Source: Candidatus Omnitrophota bacterium (GTDB taxonomy: Bacteria > Omnitrophota > Gorgyraeia > Gygaellales > Profunditerraquicolaceae). From it: DNA of 64,000 bases. The notes beneath the pieces are model-generated. The model was given only the letters and a program-made list of their open reading frames with translations. It did no database searches and was not told where the DNA came from. Numbering within the stretch: the first letter of the stretch is position 1; every line of letters starts with the position of its first letter. Location of the stretch: positions 66,701 to 130,700 of the forward strand of contig JBFZAT010000022.1 of assembly GCA_041308845.1 (NCBI GenBank), in the 5' to 3' direction. Below, in pieces: positions 41,333 through 49,736 of the stretch. Made by a program: the position numbers and the translations under genes.

Positions 41333-42112
41333 ATGTTTAAATTAATTCGTCAGGCCGGATGCTGGTTAATAATTTTCTTTCTAACCTGGGGGGTTTTTGC
41401 TCAGGATAGTAACTGGCAGGTTTTAAAAAGCACGCATTTTTATATTTATTATAAGCAGGCTGATCAAAGCGTGCTTAATGAATTAGCTGAGCGGGCCGAA
41501 GAATACTACGATTCGATTGCTAAAGGCTTAGGTTTTAACCGTTTTAACTTCTGGACTTGGGATAACCGGGCAAAAATTTATCTTTTTGATCAGCAGCAAG
41601 ATTACCAGGCGGCTACGCAAAGCTCAGGTTGGTCAGCCGGACAGGTAAGGATAAATAATAAGTTAATTCAGAGCTATATCGGCGCTCCGGGGTTTTTGCA
41701 TAATATTCTGCCGCACGAATTAGCGCACATAATTTTTATGGAGATGGTAGGTTTTAATAATCCGGCGATTCCGCTCTGGCTGCAGGAGGGGGTGGCAACT
41801 TTTCATGAAAAAGAAATTTACTCTGCCAAAGCCAGGTTAGCCCAGCATATTCAGCAGGACAACTATATCAAGCTGAGCGATCTGAGCCGGTTTGATTTAA
41901 AACGCGCAGATGATCAGCAAGTAGAATTATTTTACTTAGAATCTTATAGTCTGGTAAAATATCTGATTACGGAGTTTGGCACAGAGAATTTTGTTTTATT
42001 CTGTCAGTACCTGCGGGATAAAAGGAATTTAATGAGCGCCTTGACTAGAGTGTATGCTTTTAAAAATTTAGATGATTTTGAGATATCTTGGAAGCAGTAT
42101 ATATTAAAATGA
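41333..42112 (+). CDS. Secreted peptidase-MA-like (gluzincin HExxH...E) hypothetical protein inserted in the dcw cluster
   Basis: It has a signal peptide (LIIFFLTWGVFAQD). The motif HELAHIIFMEMVG is followed by WLQEGVATFHE, which resembles Peptidase_MA_2-type HExxH + WxxEGxAxY. Confidence 0.55.
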   Translation: MFKLIRQAGCWLIIFFLTWGVFAQDSNWQVLKSTHFYIYYKQADQSVLNELAERAEEYYDSIAKGLGFNRFNFWTWDNRAKIYLFDQQQDYQAATQSSGWSAGQVRINNKLIQSYIGAPGFLHNILPHELAHIIFMEMVGFNNPAIPLWLQEGVATFHEKEIYSAKARLAQHIQQDNYIKLSDLSRFDLKRADDQQVELFYLESYSLVKYLITEFGTENFVLFCQYLRDKRNLMSALTRVYAFKNLDDFEISWKQYILK

Positions 42113-43467
42113 AAAAATATTATCATTTGATCGGAATTGCCGGGATTGGGATGAGCGGAATTGCGCATTTATTACTTAAAAGCGGATGCCGGGTAAGCGG
42201 TTCAGATTTGAAAGAAAACCAGATCACCCGGCAACTGGCAAGTTTGGGGGCAAAGATATTCTTAGGGCATAAGGCAGAAAATATTTCAGAGCAAGAGGTA
42301 GTAGTTTTTTCTTCGGCGGTTACTGAGCAAAATCCGGAAATCCTTCAGGCTAGGTCCCAGGGTATACCCATAATTAAAAGGGCTCAAATTTTGGCTGAAC
42401 TTATGCAGGAAAAGACTGCTATTACGGTTGCCGGTAGCCATGGTAAGACGACTACTACTTCTTTGGTTGCTTGTATGTTGATGCAGGCCGGGCTTTGTCC
42501 GACTGTGGCCATCGGAGGCATTCTGAACAATATTGATACTAATGCTTGTTTGGGTAGCGGACAGTTCTTTGTGGCCGAAGCTGATGAATCAGACGGCTCA
42601 TTCTTAAACTATGCGCCGAAATATTCAATTGTTACCAACATCGATCGAGAACACTTAGATTATTACCGGGATTTTGAGCGGGAATTAGAGGTTTTTAGGC
42701 TTTATCTGCAACGTACTCAGCCTCAAGGGTGTGTCTTTGCCTGTCGAGACGATCCTCATCTTTTAAGATTGATGCAATTTTATAATGGTAAAAGCGTATT
42801 TTTTGGCTTAGACGAATCTGCGGATATTTATGCTAAACATTTAGTTTTTAATGGCCTACTTTCGGATTTTGACGGTTATGCTAAGGGGAAATTTATTTCG
42901 CATTTCCATTTGCCTTTAGGGGGTAAGCATAATGTTTCCAACGCCCTGGCAGTGATCGCCTTGGGATTAGAGCTAGGCATAGATTTAAGGGATATTCGCG
43001 GTAGCTTAGAGGGGTATCGAGGCGCCGGCCGTAGATTAGAAATTAAATTGCGCAGTGATGAATATCTGGTTATTGATGATTATGCGCATCATCCCTCGGA
43101 AATAAAAGCTACTCTGGCTGCCGTAGCCAACTTAAAAGTCAAGCGCAAGATTGCCGTCTTTCAACCGCATCGCTATACGCGCACGCAGTTGCTATTGGAC
43201 GATTTCGCCCGATCTTTTACTCAAGTGGATTATTTGATCATTACTGATATCTACGCGGCCAGTGAGATACCTTTAGAGGGGGTGCATGCCCAAGGGTTAT
43301 TGAATAAAATTAAAGAATTTTACCCGCAGCAGAAGGTTTTGTATTTAGCTAAAGAAGATATTTTACCTCATATTTTAGGAATAATCAGTTCAGGTGATTT
43401 AGTGATTACTCTGGGAGCTGGGGATATTGTAAAGGTGAGCGATGCTTTGGCCCAAGCACTTAAGTAA
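42109..43467 (+). CDS. murC: UDP-N-acetylmuramate--L-alanine ligase
   Basis: The N-terminus is MKKYYHLIGIAGIGMSGIA (MurC). The P-loop is AGSHGKTTT. ATG 42109 overlaps the upstream stop as ATGA; the track's start at 42088 would overlap the upstream ORF. Confidence 0.9.
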   Translation: MKKYYHLIGIAGIGMSGIAHLLLKSGCRVSGSDLKENQITRQLASLGAKIFLGHKAENISEQEVVVFSSAVTEQNPEILQARSQGIPIIKRAQILAELMQEKTAITVAGSHGKTTTTSLVACMLMQAGLCPTVAIGGILNNIDTNACLGSGQFFVAEADESDGSFLNYAPKYSIVTNIDREHLDYYRDFERELEVFRLYLQRTQPQGCVFACRDDPHLLRLMQFYNGKSVFFGLDESADIYAKHLVFNGLLSDFDGYAKGKFISHFHLPLGGKHNVSNALAVIALGLELGIDLRDIRGSLEGYRGAGRRLEIKLRSDEYLVIDDYAHHPSEIKATLAAVANLKVKRKIAVFQPHRYTRTQLLLDDFARSFTQVDYLIITDIYAASEIPLEGVHAQGLLNKIKEFYPQQKVLYLAKEDILPHILGIISSGDLVITLGAGDIVKVSDALAQALK

Positions 43468-44323
43468 AAAAATTAAAACTGGGATTAATTTAGCCGGCTA
43501 TACTAGCTTTAAAATCGGCGGCCAAGCGGAATATTTTTTTGCGCCTTCGAACTTGGAAAGTTTACAACAAGTATTAAAAGTTGCCCGCGCCAGTGATTTA
43601 AGGATTTTTATCTTAGGGGCGGGTACTAATATTTTAGTTAGCGATTCTGGATTAAAAGGATTGGTGATTAGCTTAAACCGGAAGTATTTTTGTCAGCTTG
43701 GCTATCAAAGCGGTTGTCTTATAGCTGGCAGCGGGGTAAAATTAAATAAACTGCTTTCATTTGCTATCGCTAAAAGTTTGGGTGGGTTTGAGTTTTTAGC
43801 GGGAATTCCTGGCTCGCTTGGTGGTTCACTGATGGGCAATGCCGGGGCCTGGGGGCATACAATTGGAGGCTTGGTTAAGCAATTAACGGTTTTAGACTAT
43901 CAGGGCAGATTAAAACAACTTTACCCGCAGGATTGTAAATTTGCTTATCGCCAATCGAATCTAAATAAATACATTATCCTGTCCGCTAAACTTCAAGCTT
44001 ACACGGCGGATAAAATGGTAATCACCGCTAAAATTAAAGAAAATCTTCTTCAGCGTAAACTTACCCAGAATCAGTATTTGCCTAATGCCGGATGTATTTT
44101 TAAGAATCCGCATCAGGGTTCTGCCGGTAGGCTTATTGATTTATGCGGGTTAAAAGGAAAAACTCAGGGAGGGGCGGCGATCTGCCGGCGACACGCAAAT
44201 TTTATTTTAAATACGGCTCAAGCTAAGAGCCGGGATGTTTTGTACCTAATGAATTTAATGCAAAGGAGAGTAAAGAAGAAATTTCGAATTGATTTGAAAC
44301 CGGAGATAAAGATATGGAAATAA
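43442..44323 (+). CDS. murB: UDP-N-acetylenolpyruvoylglucosamine reductase
   Basis: The FAD-binding domain motif is LAGYTSFKIGGQAEYF. GSLGG is the FAD-contacting glycine-rich loop, which is not a Ser general-acid motif. The domain is a MurB C-terminal domain. Confidence 0.85.
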   Translation: MLWPKHLSKKIKTGINLAGYTSFKIGGQAEYFFAPSNLESLQQVLKVARASDLRIFILGAGTNILVSDSGLKGLVISLNRKYFCQLGYQSGCLIAGSGVKLNKLLSFAIAKSLGGFEFLAGIPGSLGGSLMGNAGAWGHTIGGLVKQLTVLDYQGRLKQLYPQDCKFAYRQSNLNKYIILSAKLQAYTADKMVITAKIKENLLQRKLTQNQYLPNAGCIFKNPHQGSAGRLIDLCGLKGKTQGGAAICRRHANFILNTAQAKSRDVLYLMNLMQRRVKKKFRIDLKPEIKIWK

Positions 44324-45255
44324 AAGATTTTGGCCGGGTAGGGGTTCTTATGGGCGGGCCTTCTTCTGAGAGGGAGATTTCATTGAAAAGTGGTCAGGCA
44401 GTTCTTTCTGCACTGCTTCAAAGCGGAGTAGAGGCGGTAGCTATCGATATCGTTAGCGATAATCCTGCAGAGAATGTCGATTTATTAAAAAAATATAATT
44501 TAAATTGCGCCTTTATTGCTTTGCACGGGCGTTTCGGTGAAGATGGTACGATTCAGGGCATTTTAGAGCAGCTGAGCCTACCTTTTACTGCCTCCGGTGT
44601 TAAAGCTAGCAAGTTGGCGATGGATAAAATCGGTTCATTGGAGATATTTTTACAAGCTGGATTGTGCGTACCGAAATCTCAATTTTTGGAAAAAACCTGT
44701 TGGAAAATAGCGGAAAACTTTAGTAGTCAGCTGGGGTTGCCATTGGTAGTTAAGCCGGCTAACCACGGTTCCAGTATTGGCATCTCTTTGGTAGAGTCTT
44801 CTTCTGGCCTGCATTTAGCCAATCAGGAGGCTGTTAGATTTGACGAACGCATAATTATTCAAGAATACATATCCGGCCGGGAACTTACCGTAGGCATTTT
44901 GGATGAGCAAGCCCTTCCGGTAATTGAAATTATTTCTCAGAATAAATTTTTTGATTTTAGCGCTAAATACCAGGCTGGTTTGACCCGGTATGCTCCCGCG
45001 GTGCTGGATCAAGCGGTTTTGTTCAAGGTCCAGCAAGTAGCTCTGCAAGCACATCAAATCTTGGGTTGTTATGGTTGCTCGCGGGTAGATATTATTCTGG
45101 CTCAAGATAACCGGCCTTATATTTTAGAAGTTAATACCATTCCCGGGATGACTGCGACCAGTCTTTTACCTAAAGCGGCTCAAATTAAGGGTATTGATTT
45201 TAGCCGGCTTTGCCTTAAATTGTTGGAGTTAGCATATGCGAAAACGGCAGCTTAA
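44314..45255 (+). CDS. ddl: D-alanine--D-alanine ligase
   Basis: The N-terminal motif is VGVLMGGPSSEREISLKSG. An ATP-grasp motif VKP is present, and the C-terminal motif is EVNTIPG. Confidence 0.9.
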   Translation: MEIKDFGRVGVLMGGPSSEREISLKSGQAVLSALLQSGVEAVAIDIVSDNPAENVDLLKKYNLNCAFIALHGRFGEDGTIQGILEQLSLPFTASGVKASKLAMDKIGSLEIFLQAGLCVPKSQFLEKTCWKIAENFSSQLGLPLVVKPANHGSSIGISLVESSSGLHLANQEAVRFDERIIIQEYISGRELTVGILDEQALPVIEIISQNKFFDFSAKYQAGLTRYAPAVLDQAVLFKVQQVALQAHQILGCYGCSRVDIILAQDNRPYILEVNTIPGMTATSLLPKAAQIKGIDFSRLCLKLLELAYAKTAA

Positions 45256-46024
45256 TTTACCAGTCAAAATTATTAGTTTTTTAGCGATAATTTTACTTGC
45301 TATCTATTTTGTTATAGGCTATATTTGGAAAGTATTAACTAGCGCGGATTTTTTCGCTGTTAAGCAGGTAGTAGTCAGAAATTCCGACACCCAGTTTCTT
45401 CATTTAAAAGGCAAAAATATTTTTAGTTTAGACCTGTCTGAGCAGGCGCGTAAAGCTTATCTTAGCTGCCCGGATTGCCGCAAGGTTAGATTTGCCAGAG
45501 TTTTACCTAGTTGCCTGGTAGTTGATTTTCTAAAACGTAAGCCGGTGGCCTGGGTGAGATTTTATAAAAACTTTGCCCTCGACGATCAAGGAGTTCTGTA
45601 CCATCCGGATACCGTTTTAGAGGAATTGGATCTACCGCTTATTTATGGTTTAGAAACTAAAATTTTTGCGCCTAAGCCAGGCAGGAGCTATAGGCGTTCT
45701 GAGATAGGTTTGGCTTTGAGTATAATCCATGAGTTTAAAGCTAATTCGGCTTTTAACGAATTTAGGCTTAAGCGGATTAATTTAGCTACTTTAGGTGGGG
45801 CGGGTTTTTTTATGCTTTTAGCTAAACCGCCGGCTGACAATTCTTCGGTTGTTCGGCAGGCTGAAGGGATAGGTTTTGAAGTGCGCACGGGGCCCAATAA
45901 CATTAAACAAAAGATGATGATTTTGGCCGGCTTGGTAACTCAGGAGCGTAAGGAGTGGGCTAATATTAAATATATCGATCTGCGGTTTAAGGAGCCGTTA
46001 ATTAAACTAAAAAATGTTAAATAA
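45236..46024 (+). CDS. ftsQ: Cell division protein FtsQ/DivIB (POTRA domain)
   Basis: An N-terminal TM helix is followed by a POTRA-like region (FAVKQVVVRNS). It lies between ddl and ftsA. Confidence 0.65.
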   Translation: MRKRQLNLPVKIISFLAIILLAIYFVIGYIWKVLTSADFFAVKQVVVRNSDTQFLHLKGKNIFSLDLSEQARKAYLSCPDCRKVRFARVLPSCLVVDFLKRKPVAWVRFYKNFALDDQGVLYHPDTVLEELDLPLIYGLETKIFAPKPGRSYRRSEIGLALSIIHEFKANSAFNEFRLKRINLATLGGAGFFMLLAKPPADNSSVVRQAEGIGFEVRTGPNNIKQKMMILAGLVTQERKEWANIKYIDLRFKEPLIKLKNVK

Positions 46025-47270
46025 CAGTTATATCTGTGCTATTGATATCGGTTCGCACAAAATATCTGCCATTTTGGCTGTGATTAAGAAAAATAAGATT
46101 AGCGATATTTTCTTTGATTGTTTTTCCTCTCGCGGCGTCAGGGAGGGGGTAATTGTAGATGCTACAGCTTTAGTGATCAGCCTGACCAAAATATTAAAGA
46201 GCCTAAAAACTAAATCCGGGTTAAAAATAAAATTTATTCATACTAATTTTTCGGGTAAAGATATTTTAACCAAACATAGCCATGCGATTATTCCTCTGGC
46301 TGAGCGCGGAAACAAGGTGATTACTTCTACGGATATTTCGGCTGCTAACGAACAAGCGCGGATCCTGGGGTCAAACCTGGAATATGAGATAATTCATGTT
46401 ATTCCTTCGAGTTATTCTATCGATTCCAAAAATAATGTAATTAATCCGATCGGTTTATACAGCCATAGATTGGAGGTAGACTTATATTTAATTTGTGCCA
46501 AGTTGGCTTCTCTGCAAAGTTTAAGCCGGGTGGTGAGTCAGGCCGGATACGAAATCAGAAATCTTTCTTTTTCAGGGTTAGCTACCGCCAAAGCAGTATT
46601 GGGATCGGAGGAGAAGCGCGGTTTAAGTGTTTTTTGTGATGTGGGCAGCGATATAACGGAATTGCTGATCTTTAGGGACGGGCTCTTGCAAAGTATTCAA
46701 ATTTTACCTTTAGGCGGAAATAGCTTGACTCAGCAGCTCTCAGATGGTTTAAAGATTAATTTTGAACTAGCTGAGGATATCAAGCGTTCTTATGGAGTCA
46801 TGGGTGAGGTGAATAGTATTCAAGAAGATAAGGAAATTTTAGTCAAGAAGGATGAGTTTTATAAGCCGATTAAACAACGTGATGTGGCAGCTTTGGTTAA
46901 TCATTCTGGTAATTTAATTTGTACTCAGATTAAGGCAGCGGTAGAGCAGAAGGTGGCGCTGCATGAGATCGATCACTTCATTATGGCTGGCAAGACCTTG
47001 CTGACAGAAGGATTTATTGAAATGATGGAAGGTTTAATCGGTACTGCGGTAACCATCGCCAGAATTAATCATCCGGAAATTTCCGCCTTAATGAAAGAGA
47101 GTAGCGATTTAGCCGGACAGAAATATTTAACTTATCTTACCAGCTTAGGTATGGTTTGCGAAGATTTGGAAAATAAAGCCGTAGGTAATCTGACCCTGGT
47201 TAAACCTGCCAAGAACTTATTGTTTAAAACAATCAATCGGTTTAAAGAAGTGTATCAGGAGTATTTCTAG
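46014..47270 (+). CDS. ftsA: Cell division protein FtsA (actin-like ATPase)
   Basis: It begins with the actin-fold phosphate-1 motif ICAIDIGSHKIS and contains DVGSDITEL. It is ~418 aa and follows ftsQ. Confidence 0.8.
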   Translation: MLNNSYICAIDIGSHKISAILAVIKKNKISDIFFDCFSSRGVREGVIVDATALVISLTKILKSLKTKSGLKIKFIHTNFSGKDILTKHSHAIIPLAERGNKVITSTDISAANEQARILGSNLEYEIIHVIPSSYSIDSKNNVINPIGLYSHRLEVDLYLICAKLASLQSLSRVVSQAGYEIRNLSFSGLATAKAVLGSEEKRGLSVFCDVGSDITELLIFRDGLLQSIQILPLGGNSLTQQLSDGLKINFELAEDIKRSYGVMGEVNSIQEDKEILVKKDEFYKPIKQRDVAALVNHSGNLICTQIKAAVEQKVALHEIDHFIMAGKTLLTEGFIEMMEGLIGTAVTIARINHPEISALMKESSDLAGQKYLTYLTSLGMVCEDLENKAVGNLTLVKPAKNLLFKTINRFKEVYQEYF

Positions 47271-47294
47271 TTTCCACTTGGCGGAATGCTCCGA

Positions 47295-47322
47295 TTGTTT
47301 GCTTAATTTTATTGTGTATAAT
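47295..47322 (+). promoter_or_regulatory. Extended -10 promoter (TTGTTT-16-TGTGTATAAT) upstream of yggS
   Basis: TTGTTT is at 47295-47300, and TATAAT at 47317-47322 is preceded by TGTG. It sits in the 66-nt ftsA-yggS gap. Confidence 0.45.
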
Positions 47323-47336
47323 AGATTAATCTCCCG

Positions 47337-48005
47337 ATGATTAAAGAGAATATTGCAAAGCTGCGCCAGCGGATTTCAGAAATTTGCTTTCAGTTTAAAC
47401 ATGATCCGGCTAAGGTCAAGATTTTAGCAGTAACTAAAGGCCGGGGGGTAGCGGAAATCCAGGAAGCCCTAAGCGCGGGCTTAGATTATTTGGGCGAAAA
47501 TCGAGTGCAGGAAGCAGCGCAGAAATATTTGAGGTTTACTGCTGTGCATTGGCAGATGGTTGGGCATCTACAGAAGAATAAGGTTAAAGATGCTTTGAAA
47601 ATATTCGAATTGATCCATTCTGTAGATAGCCTGGCTTTAGCTCAAGAAATTAATCGGCAAGCCGCTAAAATCGGTAAAATTCAGGATATTCTTTTAGAAG
47701 TTAAGACTTCTCCGGAGGCCAGCAAAACTGGTTTTTCGGATAAGCAATTAGCGCAGGCCTGCGTAGAGATAGGCAAATTAAAACAACTCAAGGTCAAAGG
47801 CCTGATGACTATTGCCCCGCCGGTTAATTTAGCTGAGCAGGCGCGGCCCTATTTCGCTAAACTTAGGCGGTTGCGCCAGCAATTAGACCCAAGTTGGCTT
47901 CTATCGATGGGGATGTCTGATGATTTTCAAATAGCTATTGAAGAAGGGGCAGATATTATAAGGCTGGGCAGGGCAATTTTTGATGACGATGTTAAAATCA
48001 TTTAG
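47337..48005 (+). CDS. yggS: YggS-family pyridoxal-phosphate homeostasis protein
   Basis: The PLP-binding lysine is in ILAVTKGRG. The motif ENRVQEA is present, and the fold is an alanine-racemase N-terminal-like fold. Confidence 0.85.
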   Translation: MIKENIAKLRQRISEICFQFKHDPAKVKILAVTKGRGVAEIQEALSAGLDYLGENRVQEAAQKYLRFTAVHWQMVGHLQKNKVKDALKIFELIHSVDSLALAQEINRQAAKIGKIQDILLEVKTSPEASKTGFSDKQLAQACVEIGKLKQLKVKGLMTIAPPVNLAEQARPYFAKLRRLRQQLDPSWLLSMGMSDDFQIAIEEGADIIRLGRAIFDDDVKII

Positions 48006-48828
48006 GAAAAAAATCGGGTTAATCGGATTCGGTAATATGGGGCAGGCGATTGCTGAGAAGATTAATGTAAATTACAGGGTCTTGGTTTTCGATAAAGACC
48101 AAGCTAAGATTAAAGATTTAATCGGTATAAACAGAGCAGTTGATTTATCGCAATTGTTGAAGTCAAGTCAGGCGGTCATTTTAGCAATTAAGCCTCAGGA
48201 TTTCGATTCGGTCTTAGCGCAGATTAGAGATAATTTAAGGGGTAAATTAGTTATTTCGATTGCCGCTGGGATGACTACCGAATTTATGCAAAAGATTCTG
48301 GGCGAAGTAAAAGTAGTCAGAGTAATGCCGAATTTAGCTGTGAGGATAGCTGCCAGTACTACGGCTATCTGTAAGGGTGCATTCGCCAGTCAAGGAGATT
48401 TGAAATTCACCGCTAAACTTTTTGCTTGTTTAGGTAAGGTTTTTGTTCTGCCTGAATGGCAGATGGATGCCGTTACCGCTATTTCCGGCAGCGGACCGGC
48501 TTATATTTTTTATGATATGGAAATTAACCATCGTGATCCAGTAAAGATTACCAAAGAACTCCAGGAGGAATATACTAGGAAATTGTGTGAATCTGCGCGG
48601 GCAGTCGGATTTGATCCTAAGCTGGCGCAAGAGCTAGCCAGGAGTACTGCTGGCTCAAGTATTCGTCTGGCGGCTCAAAGAATTCAAACTCCAGCTCAAT
48701 TACGTAAGTTGGTTACTTCTCCGGGTGGTACAACCGAAGCGGCCTTGCAGGTGATCAGCGCAGGTGGTTCTTGGCCGCAGGCGGCGCTGGCCGCTAAAAA
48801 ACGCGCCCAAGATTTAACAAAGAAATAA
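47980..48828 (+). CDS. proC: Pyrroline-5-carboxylate reductase
   Basis: The N-terminal Rossmann motif is IGLIGFGNMGQA. The C-terminal motif is SPGGTT. Confidence 0.85.
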   Translation: MMTMLKSFRKKIGLIGFGNMGQAIAEKINVNYRVLVFDKDQAKIKDLIGINRAVDLSQLLKSSQAVILAIKPQDFDSVLAQIRDNLRGKLVISIAAGMTTEFMQKILGEVKVVRVMPNLAVRIAASTTAICKGAFASQGDLKFTAKLFACLGKVFVLPEWQMDAVTAISGSGPAYIFYDMEINHRDPVKITKELQEEYTRKLCESARAVGFDPKLAQELARSTAGSSIRLAAQRIQTPAQLRKLVTSPGGTTEAALQVISAGGSWPQAALAAKKRAQDLTKK

Positions 48829-48875
48829 ATCTTGGCTGGTTTTGTTTAATCTAAATAGTAGAAAGGAATGCAATT

Positions 48876-49736
48876 ATGCCAGGTATCGGGATTATCGGCG
48901 GCAGTGGTTTATATGAATTTGATGGCTTAAGAATTATTAAACAGCTTAAAGTAAGTACTCCTTTTGGCCAACCTTCGGAGAAGTTTACCATCGGTAAATT
49001 AGAGGATAAAGAGGTGGTTTTTTTGCCTCGTCACGGGTTGGGCCATCGTATTCCTCCTGGAGCGATAAATTATCGCGCCAATATCTTTGCCATGAAAAAA
49101 TTGGGAGTAGAGAGAATTATTTCAGTTACTGCTTGTGGTAGTTTAAAAGAAGAATTGAAGCCACTGGATTTTGTCGTAGTAGATCAGTTTGTAGACCGTA
49201 CTAACCAGGGTCGGCAGATGACTTTTTTTGACTCCGGGATGGTTAGCCACATTGTTTTTAGCCATCCGGTCTGCCCGCAGCTGAGTGCAAATATTTATGC
49301 TGTCGGCAGGATATTGAAACTGAATATGCACCCCAGCGGAACTTATCTGAATATGGAAGGGCCGCAGTTTTCCACTTTAGCTGAAAGCAAGCTTTACCGT
49401 AGTTGGGGGATGGATGTAATCGGGATGACTAACCTGGCGGAAGCTAAGCTTTGCCGGGAAGCCGAGATTTGTTACGCTACGCTGGCCTGCATTACCGATT
49501 ATGATTGCTGGCATCCTAATTGCGCTAGCGTAACTTTAGAAATGGTGATGAGTAATCTACAGAAAAATATCGCCAATGCCAAGAAGATTATTTATCAGGT
49601 TATCCGGGGGCTCAGCTCCCAGCATAGTTGCAGTTGTGCCCAAGCTTTAAAATTTGCAATAGTCACTGATCCTAAGCGGATACCCCCGAAAGTAAAAAAA
49701 GATCTAAATATTATTATAGGTAAATATGTCAAATAA
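48876..49736 (+). CDS. mtnP: S-methyl-5'-thioadenosine phosphorylase (PNP/MTAP family)
   Basis: The motifs are MPGIGIIGGSGLY, FLPRHG and MTNLAEAKLCREAEICYA. Confidence 0.8.
   Translation: MPGIGIIGGSGLYEFDGLRIIKQLKVSTPFGQPSEKFTIGKLEDKEVVFLPRHGLGHRIPPGAINYRANIFAMKKLGVERIISVTACGSLKEELKPLDFVVVDQFVDRTNQGRQMTFFDSGMVSHIVFSHPVCPQLSANIYAVGRILKLNMHPSGTYLNMEGPQFSTLAESKLYRSWGMDVIGMTNLAEAKLCREAEICYATLACITDYDCWHPNCASVTLEMVMSNLQKNIANAKKIIYQVIRGLSSQHSCSCAQALKFAIVTDPKRIPPKVKKDLNIIIGKYVK

Noticed and set aside
47271-47336. A hidden or degraded ftsZ remnant in the ftsA-yggS gap
   Set aside because: The gap is only 66 nt and carries a promoter-like element. There is no room for even a pseudogene fragment.
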